DNA of 32,000 bases from Candidatus Saccharimonadota bacterium. Lineage in GTDB: Bacteria; Pseudomonadota; Gammaproteobacteria; Enterobacterales; Enterobacteriaceae. The translations under genes and the position numbers were made by a program. This document shows positions 1-9,395 of the stretch, one piece after another (position 1 is the stretch's first letter; each line of letters begins with the position of its first letter). The notes below the pieces were generated by a model that was given only the letters and a program-made list of their open reading frames with translations, was not told the origin of the DNA and searched no databases. The stretch is taken from positions 210,001 to 242,000 of the forward strand of contig NZ_OZ060402.1 in the NCBI RefSeq assembly GCF_964059045.1. Reading direction: 5' to 3'.

Positions 1-770
1 GAATGACGTTATGTAATATGGCTATTGAAATGGGTGCTAAATCAGCGATTATTGCACCAGACAATATAACATATAGTTATTTAAAAAATAAATTTTATTC
101 TCCTAAAGGAGATCACTGGCAGAAAGCATTAAATTTCTGGAAAACATTAAAGTCAGACAATAATGCTATTTTTGATAAAACTATTGTCATTAATGTTACT
201 AATATAGAACCTCAAGTAACGTGGGGGACTAATCCTGGACAAGTTAGTGCTATCAGTCACAATATACCTATGATAAATACTTTTTCTAATCCAATTGAAA
301 GGGAATCTGCTAAAAATGCTATTTCTTACATGCAGTTACAACCTGGAATTAAATTAACAGATATTTATATAGATAAAGTTTTTATAGGTTCCTGTACTAA
401 TTCTAGAATTGAAGATTTAAGATTAGCTGCTTCAATATTAAACAATAGACGAATAGATAAAAATATACAAGCTATTGTTGTTCCTGGATCTAAAAGTGTT
501 AAAATACAAGCTGAAAAAGAAGGTTTAGATAAAATTTTTATTAATTCTGGTTTTGAATGGAGACTACCAGGTTGCTCAATGTGTTTAGGTATGAATAATG
601 ATAGACTTTTACCTGGTGAAAGGTGCGCTTCAACAAGTAATAGAAATTTTGAAGGACGTCAAGGTAGAGGTGGTTTGACCCATTTAGTTAGTCCATCTAT
701 GGCTGCAGCAGCAGCTATTTTTGGTAGATTTGTTGATATTAGACAATTAAATTCAAGAGATAAAAATTAA
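1..770 (+). CDS. leuC: 3-isopropylmalate dehydratase large subunit (C-terminal part; the 5' end lies outside the window, reading frame starts at base 3)
   Basis: The ORF is open from the window edge. Its translation carries the LeuC/aconitase-family C-terminal motifs [24 protein letters not shown] and [14 protein letters not shown]. leuD follows 4 bp later. Confidence 0.95.
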   Translation, partial: MTLCNMAIEMGAKSAIIAPDNITYSYLKNKFYSPKGDHWQKALNFWKTLKSDNNAIFDKTIVINVTNIEPQVTWGTNPGQVSAISHNIPMINTFSNPIERESAKNAISYMQLQPGIKLTDIYIDKVFIGSCTNSRIEDLRLAASILNNRRIDKNIQAIVVPGSKSVKIQAEKEGLDKIFINSGFEWRLPGCSMCLGMNNDRLLPGERCASTSNRNFEGRQGRGGLTHLVSPSMAAAAAIFGRFVDIRQLNSRDKN

Positions 771-774
771 TTTT

Positions 775-1380
775 ATGGATAAATTTGAAGAACATACTGG
801 TATTATAGCACCTTTAGATATTTCTAATATTGATACTGATGCTATTATTCCAAAACAATTTTTACAAAAAGTTACACGGGAAGGCTTTGGTCAATATTTG
901 TTTCATGATTGGAGGTTCTTAGATACTCAAAGAAAAAAAGAAAATTGTAATTTTATATTAAATCAATCGCCTTATCGTTGTGCTAATGTTTTGTTATCAC
1001 GTAATAATTTTGGTTGTGGTTCTTCTAGAGAACATGCTGTTTGGGCCCTCATGGATTATGGTATTAAATTAATTATTGCCTCTAGTTTTGCAGATATATT
1101 TTATAATAATAGTTTTAATAATCATTTATTATTAATTACTTTAACAGAAGAAGAAATTGATAAAATTTTTTTAGTAGTAAAAAAAATTATAGGTATTAAA
1201 TGTTATGTAAATTTAGTTAAAAGTACAATTGAAATTAATAATCAATTATATAAATTTTTTATACCTGATTTTTATCGTGTTTGTTTATTAAATGGATTAG
1301 ATAATGTTGATTTAACTATGCAACATGAATCTTTAATTCAATGTTATGAACAGAAAATACCTATTTTTTTTCGTCATTAA
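775..1380 (+). CDS. leuD: 3-isopropylmalate dehydratase small subunit
   Basis: 201 aa, colinear with E. coli LeuD (HTGIIAPLD, NIDTDAIIPKQFLQKVTREGFG, NFGCGSSREHAVWAL, SFADIFYNNSFNN). Tightly coupled to leuC. Confidence 0.95.
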   Translation: MDKFEEHTGIIAPLDISNIDTDAIIPKQFLQKVTREGFGQYLFHDWRFLDTQRKKENCNFILNQSPYRCANVLLSRNNFGCGSSREHAVWALMDYGIKLIIASSFADIFYNNSFNNHLLLITLTEEEIDKIFLVVKKIIGIKCYVNLVKSTIEINNQLYKFFIPDFYRVCLLNGLDNVDLTMQHESLIQCYEQKIPIFFRH

Positions 1381-1640
1381 TAAATGTTTATGTTGTATCT
1401 TATTTTAAAATATTAATTAATATTGATATATAATATATACAACTATTTTTATATATACATAATTTTTTTGTAAAAGATATAATAAAATTTAATTAAATAA
1501 ATTGTTTTATTATTTATTTTATTTTTTTTAATAAGATAATTTATAAAAATATATTATATTATATAAACTATAATTTACTTATGAAATAAGCATTATTTAT
1601 TTATATTTCATAAACATGATTTGAATAATTTACATAGAAA

Positions 1641-1672
1641 TAGAGATTCAGTTCATAATATCTGAATCTCTA
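1641..1672. other. Perfect 11-bp stem / 10-nt loop hairpin in the leuD-leuA spacer (tagagattcag..ctgaatctcta)
   Basis: I checked complementarity base by base: 1641-1651 pairs with 1662-1672. It is the only G/C-containing structure in a 570-bp A/T spacer and is followed by acatatttt. It could be a leuD terminator or a leftover leader/attenuator; its function is unknown. Confidence 0.3.
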
Positions 1673-1956
1673 ACATATTTTGATATAAATTATATATTTT
1701 AATGTTTTATTATTGTTATAATTTAATTTTTACATATTTTTTATAATTACAATTATATATATTATCATTATATAATTATAAAAGCATATGTATACCTTGT
1801 TTGAATTCAATATTAATGTATTTGATGATCTATATTTGCAATAAATATTTTAATATATATTTATATATATAATATTTTTAATAAAAAGCATTTTTATCAA
1901 AAATAGTATATTATTTTTGGTTTTATTAAATTTATAAAATAACAGTAGGTATGAAC

Positions 1957-3498
1957 ATGAAAGAAAGAATTATAATTTTTGATACAACATTAAGAGATGG
2001 TGAACAAGCATTGCAATCTAGTTTAACTGTTTCACAAAAATTAGAGATAGCATTATCTTTAGAAAAAATGGGGGTTGATGTTATAGAAGTTGGTTTTCCT
2101 ATTTCTTCTCCTGGTGATTTTGAATCTGTAAAAAAAATTTCAAGTGTTATTAAAAATAGTCGAATCTGTAGCTTAGCTCGTTGTGTGGATCAAGATATTG
2201 ATGTTGCGGCTGAATCTATGAAAGATTCAGAAAAATTTAGAATTCATTTATTTTTAGGAACTTCTAAAATTCATGTTGAATCTAAATTAAGGAAGAATTT
2301 TAATGAAATAATAGATATGGCAGTACGTTCGATTATTAGGGCAAGTAAATATACTGATGATATTGAATTTTCGTGTGAAGATGCTGGAAGAACTTCTATT
2401 GATAATCTTTGTTTGATTGTTGAAAAAGTTATTAAAGCGGGAGCTACAACTATTAATATACCAGATACAGTTGGTTACACTATTCCAACAGAATTTAGTG
2501 AAATCATTCGGTTACTTGTATTAAAAGTACCCAATATTGATTCTGCTATAATTTCTGTTCATTGTCATAATGATTTGGGAATGGCTGTAGGTAATTCAAT
2601 TAGTGCTATTCAAAATGGAGCTCGTCAAGTTGAAGGCACTATTAATGGTATAGGAGAAAGAGCTGGCAATACGGCATTAGAAGAAGTAATTATGGCAATA
2701 AAGACTAAATCCGATGTTTTACAAAAATATACAAATATCAAAATAAATAAAATTTATGCTACTAGTAAAATAGTGAGTCAAATTTGTCAGATGCCAATTC
2801 CTGCAAACAAAGCGATAGTAGGTAGCAACGCTTTTTCACATTCTTCTGGTATTCATCAAGATGGTATGATAAAAAATAGAAATAATTATGAAATTATTTT
2901 CCCAGAAAGTATTGGTGCAAAAAATATATCACTAAATTTAACTTCACGATCTGGAAGAGCTGCTGTAAATTATAGAATGAAAGAAATGGGTTATAAAGTA
3001 TGTGACTATAGTATAGATCAATTATATAGTTCGTTTTTAAAATTAGCAGATCAAAAAGGTCAAGTATTTGATTATGATTTAGAAATATTAGCATTTGCAA
3101 ATGATAAGTATAAAAACTTAGATAATTTTTATCTTAAGTGTTTTACTATACAAAAGGATTATCAAGGGTGTTTTATTGTTTCAGTAATAATATCATGTGA
3201 TAATAAAGAAATTCAACAAACTTCAACTTCATATTATGGTCCAATAGATGCTATTTATTTAGCTTTAAATAAAATTGTTCAGTATCCAATTCAATTAAAA
3301 AAATTTGAATTATTATCTCAAGATTTAGGTGATAATTCTATTTCTCGAGTATCTATTATAGTAGAATATAATAATCGTGATTTTTATGGTTTAGGTATTG
3401 AAAAAGATTTTATTACATCTTCTGCTCAAGCTTTAATTAATGTATTTAATTATATATGGCGTTTAAAAACAATCTCGATAAAATTAAAAAATTTGTAA
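1957..3498 (+). CDS. leuA: 2-isopropylmalate synthase
   Basis: Colinear with E. coli LeuA throughout ([59 protein letters not shown], plus the C-terminal regulatory domain). The ORF track starts at ATG 1951. ATG 1957 matches the E. coli N-terminal length exactly and sits 6 nt after AGGT (1947-1950), so I prefer 1957. Confidence 0.95.
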   Translation: MKERIIIFDTTLRDGEQALQSSLTVSQKLEIALSLEKMGVDVIEVGFPISSPGDFESVKKISSVIKNSRICSLARCVDQDIDVAAESMKDSEKFRIHLFLGTSKIHVESKLRKNFNEIIDMAVRSIIRASKYTDDIEFSCEDAGRTSIDNLCLIVEKVIKAGATTINIPDTVGYTIPTEFSEIIRLLVLKVPNIDSAIISVHCHNDLGMAVGNSISAIQNGARQVEGTINGIGERAGNTALEEVIMAIKTKSDVLQKYTNIKINKIYATSKIVSQICQMPIPANKAIVGSNAFSHSSGIHQDGMIKNRNNYEIIFPESIGAKNISLNLTSRSGRAAVNYRMKEMGYKVCDYSIDQLYSSFLKLADQKGQVFDYDLEILAFANDKYKNLDNFYLKCFTIQKDYQGCFIVSVIISCDNKEIQQTSTSYYGPIDAIYLALNKIVQYPIQLKKFELLSQDLGDNSISRVSIIVEYNNRDFYGLGIEKDFITSSAQALINVFNYIWRLKTISIKLKNL

Positions 3499-3561
3499 AA
3501 TTAATGTTTATTTTTTAAAATATTATTTAAATTAATATATCTTTTAATTTAAATAATAATT

Positions 3562-3599
3562 TTTATAGATAGTTGCAATTTTAAAAAACTATCTATAAA
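3562..3599 (+). terminator. Possible leuA terminator hairpin (13-bp perfect stem tttatagatagtt / aactatctataaa, 12-nt loop)
   Basis: Stem 3562-3574 pairs with 3587-3599, about 65 bp after the leuA stop. No clean T-run follows. Confidence 0.3.
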
Positions 3600-4130
3600 T
3601 GATTATTAAATAAATATTTTTTTATAAAGAAATATTTATTTTTTCATTTTATCTAAAATAAATTTTTATATTTTATTTTTACATTATGAATTATTTTTTT
3701 AATAAATATTTTATTTTTTTGTATTGATATAATAAATACAATATCATTATATTGATATATATATTTAATATGATTCAATATTATTTATTTTTCTATTAAT
3801 ATATTTTTTGATATTTTTAAAATTTAAATCATATTGTTAAATATTGAGTTAAATTAAAATAATTTTTTTATATAATTATTTTAATTTTTTTTTGTAAAAA
3901 AAAATATATTTTTATATAAAATGATTTTAATTTTAATTTTATAAAATAATATTTATGAAATAATTAAATATATTTTTTTATATTTTATTTTTATATAAAA
4001 TCATTTTTTTAAAAATTTTTTAAATTTTATTTTTAATAAAAATATTTTTAACAATATATATTATTATATTGTTTCATGAATAATTAAAATAATTTTTAAA
4101 TAAAACATTGATTGTAATGAGAATCACAAT

Positions 4131-6695
4131 ATGATAATTAAATTACTAACAAAAATGTTTGGTAATCGAAATAATCGGTTATTACGTCGTATAAAACATA
4201 AGGTTGATATGATTAATAATTTAGAATCAGATTTTAAAATTTTATCTGATACTGAATTAAAAAACAAAACTAAAAAATTTAAAATTGCTATTAAAAATGG
4301 TGTAAAACTAGATATATTATTACCTGAAGCTTTTGCAACAGTTAGAGAAGCTAGTAAACGTGTTTTGAATATGCGTCATTTTGATGTTCAATTAATGGGT
4401 GGAATTGTATTACATCAACAATGTATAGCTGAAATGCAAACAGGGGAAGGTAAAACTTTAACTTCTACTTTACCTATTTATCTAAATGCTTTAATGGGTT
4501 ATGGTGTTCATGTTGTTACTATGAATGATTATTTAGCTAAAAGAGATGCAGAGAAGAATACACCTTTGTTTGAATTTCTTGGTTTATCAGTAGGATTAAA
4601 TTTATCTGGTTTATCTTTAGAAAATAAACGATTAGCTTATTTATCAGATATTACTTATGGTACTAATAATGAATATGGATTTGATTATCTTAGGGATAAT
4701 ATGGTAGTCAATAGTTATGATAGAGTTCAACGTAAACTATATTATGCATTAGTTGATGAAGTAGATTCTATTTTAATTGATGAAGCTCGTACTCCATTAA
4801 TTATTTCTGGTCCTATAGAAGAAAATACTGATATATATGTAAAAATAAATAATGTTGTTCCAAAATTAATTGCTCAATCAAAATATGATTTAGAATTGTG
4901 TAAAGATCAAGGCGATTATATAATAGATCAAAAAAATCGTCAGATTCATTTGACTGAACAAGGTTTAATTAAAATTGAAAAAATATTTATTAATGAAAAA
5001 ATAATAGATCATAATGCTTTATTTTATTCATCTAATTATATTATTTTAATGCATTATGTAATTGAGTCATTAAGAGCTCATAAATTATTTATTAAAAACA
5101 TTGATTATATTGTAAAAAATAATGAAATATTAATTGTAGATGAACATACTGGAAGAATTATGAAAGGGAGACGATGGTCTGATGGTTTACATCAAGCTAT
5201 AGAAGCCAAAGAACAAGTTTTTATACAAAATGAAAATTATACTCTTGCTGCTATTACTTTTCAAAATTATTTTCGTTTATATGAAAAATTATCAGGTATG
5301 ACAGGTACCGCTTCTACTGAATCATTCGAATTTTATACAATTTATCGGTTGGATACCGTTATTATACCTACTAATGCTCCTATGATTAGACAAGATTTAC
5401 CAGATTTAGTATATATGACAGAAAAAGATAAATTTAATGCTATTATATCAGATATACAATTATGTATAAAAAAAAAACAACCTGTATTAGTTGGTACAAT
5501 TTCAATTGAACAATCAGAAATTATTTCAAAAAAATTAAATATACTAAAGATTAAACATAATGTTTTAAATGCAAAATATCATACTAAAGAAGCAGAAATT
5601 ATTGCTCAGGCAGGAAAATTAGGTGCTGTTACTATTGCAACAAATATGGCCGGAAGAGGAACTGATATAGTTTTAGGTGGTAGTTTAGAATTGGATAATA
5701 TAAATATAAAAAAGTCTTGTAATAAAAATATCATATTAAATTTAAAAAACAATTGGACAAAAGAACATAATTTAGTATTAAATGCAGGAGGTTTGCATAT
5801 TATTGGAACTGAAAGACATGAATCTAGACGAATTGATAATCAATTACGTGGTAGATCTGGTCGTCAAGGTGATTGTGGATCTTCACGTTTTTATTTGTCT
5901 ATGCAAGATACTTTAATGAGAATGTTTATTTCTAATACTATCATTAATATGATTAAACAGTTAGGTATGAAATCTGGGGAATCTATAGAACATATTTTAG
6001 TAACAAAAGCAATATCACGTGCTCAAAAAAAAGTAGAAAATAGAAATTTTGAGATTAGAAAACAATTATTAGAATACGATGATGTGATTAATGAACAAAG
6101 ACGTGTGATTTATCGTCATAGAAATGAATTAATTGATTCAAAAAATATTAAAAAGATAATATTAAATTTTTTAGATGATATTTTTAATAGAGTGTTAAAT
6201 ACTTATATATCTTATAGCACGTTTCAAAAAAAATGGAAAATAAATGATTTAAAAAAATGTTTAATACAAGATTTTAATTTAAATTTAAAAATTTTTAATG
6301 ATTCTGAAATAATTCAAACATATAATCAAAATAATATATTTACAAAAATTATCACTGAAATTAAGTTATATTATTTTCATCGAGAAATGTTAATTAGTGC
6401 TCCAGTCATGAGGAAATTTGAAAAAATATTATTAATATCTACTTTAGATTCTTTTTGGAAAGAACATTTATCTTCTATGGATTATTTAAAAAAAGGTATA
6501 CATTTAAGAAGTTATGCACAAAAAGATCCTAAACAAGAATATATACGTGAATCTTTTATTTTATTTAAATCTATGATTGATTCTTTTAAATATGAGGTGA
6601 TATCAGTTTTATTTACTATTCCAATAAAAAATTTAGATTTAAATTACGATAATGTATTAAAACAGATTAATTTGATTAAATTTAGAAATTCTTAA
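4131..6695 (+). CDS. secA: Preprotein translocase ATPase SecA (C-terminal tail shortened)
   Basis: 854 aa, colinear with E. coli SecA from [11 protein letters not shown]. It has Walker A MQTGEGKT and the [58 protein letters not shown] and [11 protein letters not shown] motifs. It ends about 25 aa after KYEVIS, with no CPCGSGKKYKQCHG-type zinc motif. Confidence 0.97.
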   Translation: MIIKLLTKMFGNRNNRLLRRIKHKVDMINNLESDFKILSDTELKNKTKKFKIAIKNGVKLDILLPEAFATVREASKRVLNMRHFDVQLMGGIVLHQQCIAEMQTGEGKTLTSTLPIYLNALMGYGVHVVTMNDYLAKRDAEKNTPLFEFLGLSVGLNLSGLSLENKRLAYLSDITYGTNNEYGFDYLRDNMVVNSYDRVQRKLYYALVDEVDSILIDEARTPLIISGPIEENTDIYVKINNVVPKLIAQSKYDLELCKDQGDYIIDQKNRQIHLTEQGLIKIEKIFINEKIIDHNALFYSSNYIILMHYVIESLRAHKLFIKNIDYIVKNNEILIVDEHTGRIMKGRRWSDGLHQAIEAKEQVFIQNENYTLAAITFQNYFRLYEKLSGMTGTASTESFEFYTIYRLDTVIIPTNAPMIRQDLPDLVYMTEKDKFNAIISDIQLCIKKKQPVLVGTISIEQSEIISKKLNILKIKHNVLNAKYHTKEAEIIAQAGKLGAVTIATNMAGRGTDIVLGGSLELDNINIKKSCNKNIILNLKNNWTKEHNLVLNAGGLHIIGTERHESRRIDNQLRGRSGRQGDCGSSRFYLSMQDTLMRMFISNTIINMIKQLGMKSGESIEHILVTKAISRAQKKVENRNFEIRKQLLEYDDVINEQRRVIYRHRNELIDSKNIKKIILNFLDDIFNRVLNTYISYSTFQKKWKINDLKKCLIQDFNLNLKIFNDSEIIQTYNQNNIFTKIITEIKLYYFHREMLISAPVMRKFEKILLISTLDSFWKEHLSSMDYLKKGIHLRSYAQKDPKQEYIRESFILFKSMIDSFKYEVISVLFTIPIKNLDLNYDNVLKQINLIKFRNS

Positions 6696-6981
6696 TTAAA
6701 TCAATCATGATTAAAAATTTATTAAATTATGTTTTTATTATAATAAATTAAAAATATTTTGATGAATTGATTTATTTTAATTAAATAAATATATTTTATT
6801 TATTTCAAAATGTATTATATAAAAAAAATAAATTTTTATTTTTATGATTTTGAATTTTGAGACGTTATTTATTTTATAAATAAATTTATAAAGTATATTA
6901 ATATTAATTAATTTAATTTTTTTATTAAATATAATATTTTTATAACAAAAAATATTATATATATATTTTATATATTTAAAA

Positions 6982-7614
6982 TCAATCAAATAATTTCTTA
7001 TGTTTTTTTTTGATTTTTTTATTGGCTAAAATTTTATAAGATAAATTTAAGTAATTAATATATAAATTAATTTCCATTTGATTAATATTATTATTGATTA
7101 TATCATTTGCTAATGATAATCTTTTTTTTCTAGTTGTTTGACATTTTAAAATTTTTTTTACTAATCTTTTTTTAATGTTATCTCTTTTTATAGTTCTTTC
7201 TATTTGAACTTTAATAGGTACATCTACTACTAAAATTCGATCTACTGATTTATATAATTTTTTTTCTATTAGTAAAGGGGTAACCCATAAACACCAAATA
7301 GATTTTGATGCATTTATTTGTTTTTTTGTTTCGATATGAATGTAAGGGTGCAATATTTTTTCTAACCATACTCGATTGTCAACATAATTAAAAATTTTTT
7401 TTCTTAAAGTTAATCGATCAATACAACCATTTTTTTGAAGAATATTTGATCCAAATTTTTTTATGATGGCTTCTATAATGGTTTTATTAGATTTTATAAT
7501 ATTTTTTCCTATTAGATCTGAATCAATCACATCAATCCCTAAATTTTTAAATGCATTGGAAATTGTACTTTTACCACTTCCAATGCCTCCAGTCAGTGCT
7601 ACAACATAAGTCAT
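6982..7614 (-). CDS. coaE: Dephospho-CoA kinase
   Basis: 210 aa. The N-terminus MTYVVALTGGIGSGKSTISNAF matches E. coli MRYIVALTGGIGSGKSTVANAF (P-loop). The position between secA and guaC is the same as in E. coli. Confidence 0.9.
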   Translation of the reverse strand: MTYVVALTGGIGSGKSTISNAFKNLGIDVIDSDLIGKNIIKSNKTIIEAIIKKFGSNILQKNGCIDRLTLRKKIFNYVDNRVWLEKILHPYIHIETKKQINASKSIWCLWVTPLLIEKKLYKSVDRILVVDVPIKVQIERTIKRDNIKKRLVKKILKCQTTRKKRLSLANDIINNNINQMEINLYINYLNLSYKILANKKIKKKHKKLFD

Positions 7615-7750
7615 AATTTTATTTTAATTTTAATATTATTTTTATATTTTTATATAAATATGATTTTGATAAAATACATTATTGCATTACATAATATTCG
7701 TATGTATAACATATATTATATATCATTTTTAATGGTTGGAATATAATACA

Positions 7751-8803
7751 ATGCGTATTGAAGAAGATATCAAATTAAGTTTTAAAGATGTTTTAATACG
7801 TCCTAAAAGATCAATTTTAAGAAGTAGATCTCAAGTTGAATTAAGTCGAAAATTTATTTTCAAACATTCATGTATTAGTTGGTCTGGTATACCTATTATA
7901 GCATCTAATATGGATACTGTTGGTACTTTTACAATGGTAAAAGTGTTGTCTAAATTTGAAATATTAACAGCTATTCATAAATATTATACTATTGATCAAT
8001 GGATTAATTTTATCCAATCAGTATCTGTACAAACTTTAAATTATATTATGGTCTCTACTGGTACATCTGATTCAGATTTTTCTAAAATTAAAGCAATTTT
8101 ATCATTATCAGATGAATTAAAATATATTTGTATTGATGTAGCTAATGGTTATTCAGAACATTTTGTATCTTTTTTAAAAAAAGCTAGAGATACTTTTCCA
8201 AATATTATTATTTGTGCAGGTAATGTTGTAACAGGAGAAATGGTTGAAGAATTAATATTAGCAGGTGCAGATATTGTAAAAGTTGGAATTGGTCCAGGAT
8301 CAGTATGTACAACAAGAAAAAAAACAGGTATTGGTTATCCTCAATTATCTGCAGTCATAGAGTGTGCTGATGCTGCACATGGTTTAGGTGGTAGGATAAT
8401 TAGTGATGGAGGTTGTATAGTACCAGGTGATTTGGCAAAATCTTTTGGTGGAGGAGCTGATTTTGTTATGTTAGGTGGAATGTTAGCTGGACATGAAGAG
8501 AGTGAAGGTTCGGTATTAGAGAAAAATGGAAAGAAATTTATGATATTTTATGGTATGAGTTCTGATATTGCTATGAAAAAATATATTGGTAGTATTGCAA
8601 AATATAGAACTTCGGAAGGTAAAATAGTTCTTTTACCTTTTCGAGGTAGTGTTGTTGATACTATTAAGGATATATTAGGTGGATTACGTTCATCTTGTAC
8701 TTATGTTGGAGCTGAATATTTAAAAGAATTAACTAAAAGAACTACTTTTATTCGTGTATCAGAACAAGAAAATTGTATTTTTAATCATCAAGAAATGATT
8801 TAA
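7751..8803 (+). CDS. guaC: GMP reductase
   Basis: Colinear with E. coli GuaC ([63 protein letters not shown]). The ORF track starts at TTG 7736. ATG 7751 reproduces the E. coli N-terminus MRIEED. Confidence 0.95.
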   Translation: MRIEEDIKLSFKDVLIRPKRSILRSRSQVELSRKFIFKHSCISWSGIPIIASNMDTVGTFTMVKVLSKFEILTAIHKYYTIDQWINFIQSVSVQTLNYIMVSTGTSDSDFSKIKAILSLSDELKYICIDVANGYSEHFVSFLKKARDTFPNIIICAGNVVTGEMVEELILAGADIVKVGIGPGSVCTTRKKTGIGYPQLSAVIECADAAHGLGGRIISDGGCIVPGDLAKSFGGGADFVMLGGMLAGHEESEGSVLEKNGKKFMIFYGMSSDIAMKKYIGSIAKYRTSEGKIVLLPFRGSVVDTIKDILGGLRSSCTYVGAEYLKELTKRTTFIRVSEQENCIFNHQEMI

Positions 8804-9259
8804 TTGATTTAAAAAAGGATATTTTTTTTAAATAATGCTTTTATGATATAACAAATAATTATTAAAAATATTTATATATGTAGAATATTCATTCTATATC
8901 TACATTATATATATACATTTATATTGATATAAATTTTATTTTTAAAAATTTATAATATATTGATCTATGAATATAATTGATTTTTAAATATATTATTTTA
9001 GATGTTTGTATTATCTAATTTCATATTGATATATTTTAATAATAAAAAAACAAAAAAATAAAAACACCATAAAAATTTTATATTTTACATCATAGATAAC
9101 ATTTTTGATTACTATAGTTATTTTATGAAAATATATAAATAAAATATTTATTTTAAATATTAATTTAAATTTTATTTTTTAAATATTGCTATTATAAAAA
9201 TATATCTTTATTGATTGTATTTATTTTATTAAATAAAAATATTTTTTTTAAAAAACTAC

Positions 9260-9287
9260 AATGGTTTTCCCCATTTTTTATTTTTTT
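9260..9287 (+). terminator. Orphan terminator-like hairpin (aatgg-ttttcc-ccatt followed by ttttattttttt)
   Basis: A 5-bp stem with two G:C pairs (9260-9264 / 9271-9275) is followed by a long T-tract. It lies about 460 bp after the guaC stop and about 110 bp before the aceE start, and it is one of the few G/C islands in the spacer. Confidence 0.25.
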
Positions 9288-9395
9288 GTATTGTCAGATA
9301 TAATTATTGATTGTACATAAAAATAATATTTAAAAGTTTTAATTTAATATAAGATATATATCTTATAAATTAGTTTGATAAATAGGTAATAAAAC

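Noticed and set aside
1381-1950. Search by eye for DnaA boxes, iterons or a leu leader peptide (a run of Leu codons) in the leuD-leuA spacer.
   Set aside because: I found no TTATCCACA-like box, no tandem iterons and no small Leu-rich ORF. Only the 1641-1672 hairpin stands out. Any replicon remnant would need a sensitive database search that I cannot run.
3900-4030. Repeated motifs such as ttatataaaatgatttt / ttatataaaatcatttt and tatattttttaaaa-like strings, considered as possible repeats, iterons or a CRISPR-like array.
   Set aside because: These are low-complexity A/T sequence with no regular spacing, no conserved repeat unit of CRISPR length, and no adjacent cas or rep genes.
6929-6960. 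Short pure-A/T hairpins near gene ends. Examples are a 13-bp stem 22 nt after the coaE stop, 3608-3641, 4050-4073, 19438-19490, and the 13346-13355 / 13425-13434 inverted pair.
   Set aside because: Stems of 9-13 A:T pairs are expected by chance many times in these spacers and would be weak in RNA. I cannot support them as terminators.
6777-6989. 70-aa ORF on the minus strand in the secA-coaE spacer, overlapping the coaE 3' end.
   Set aside because: The translation is an Ile/Lys/Asn/Phe/Tyr string produced by near-pure A/T sequence. It is in a different frame from coaE and shows no conservation signal.
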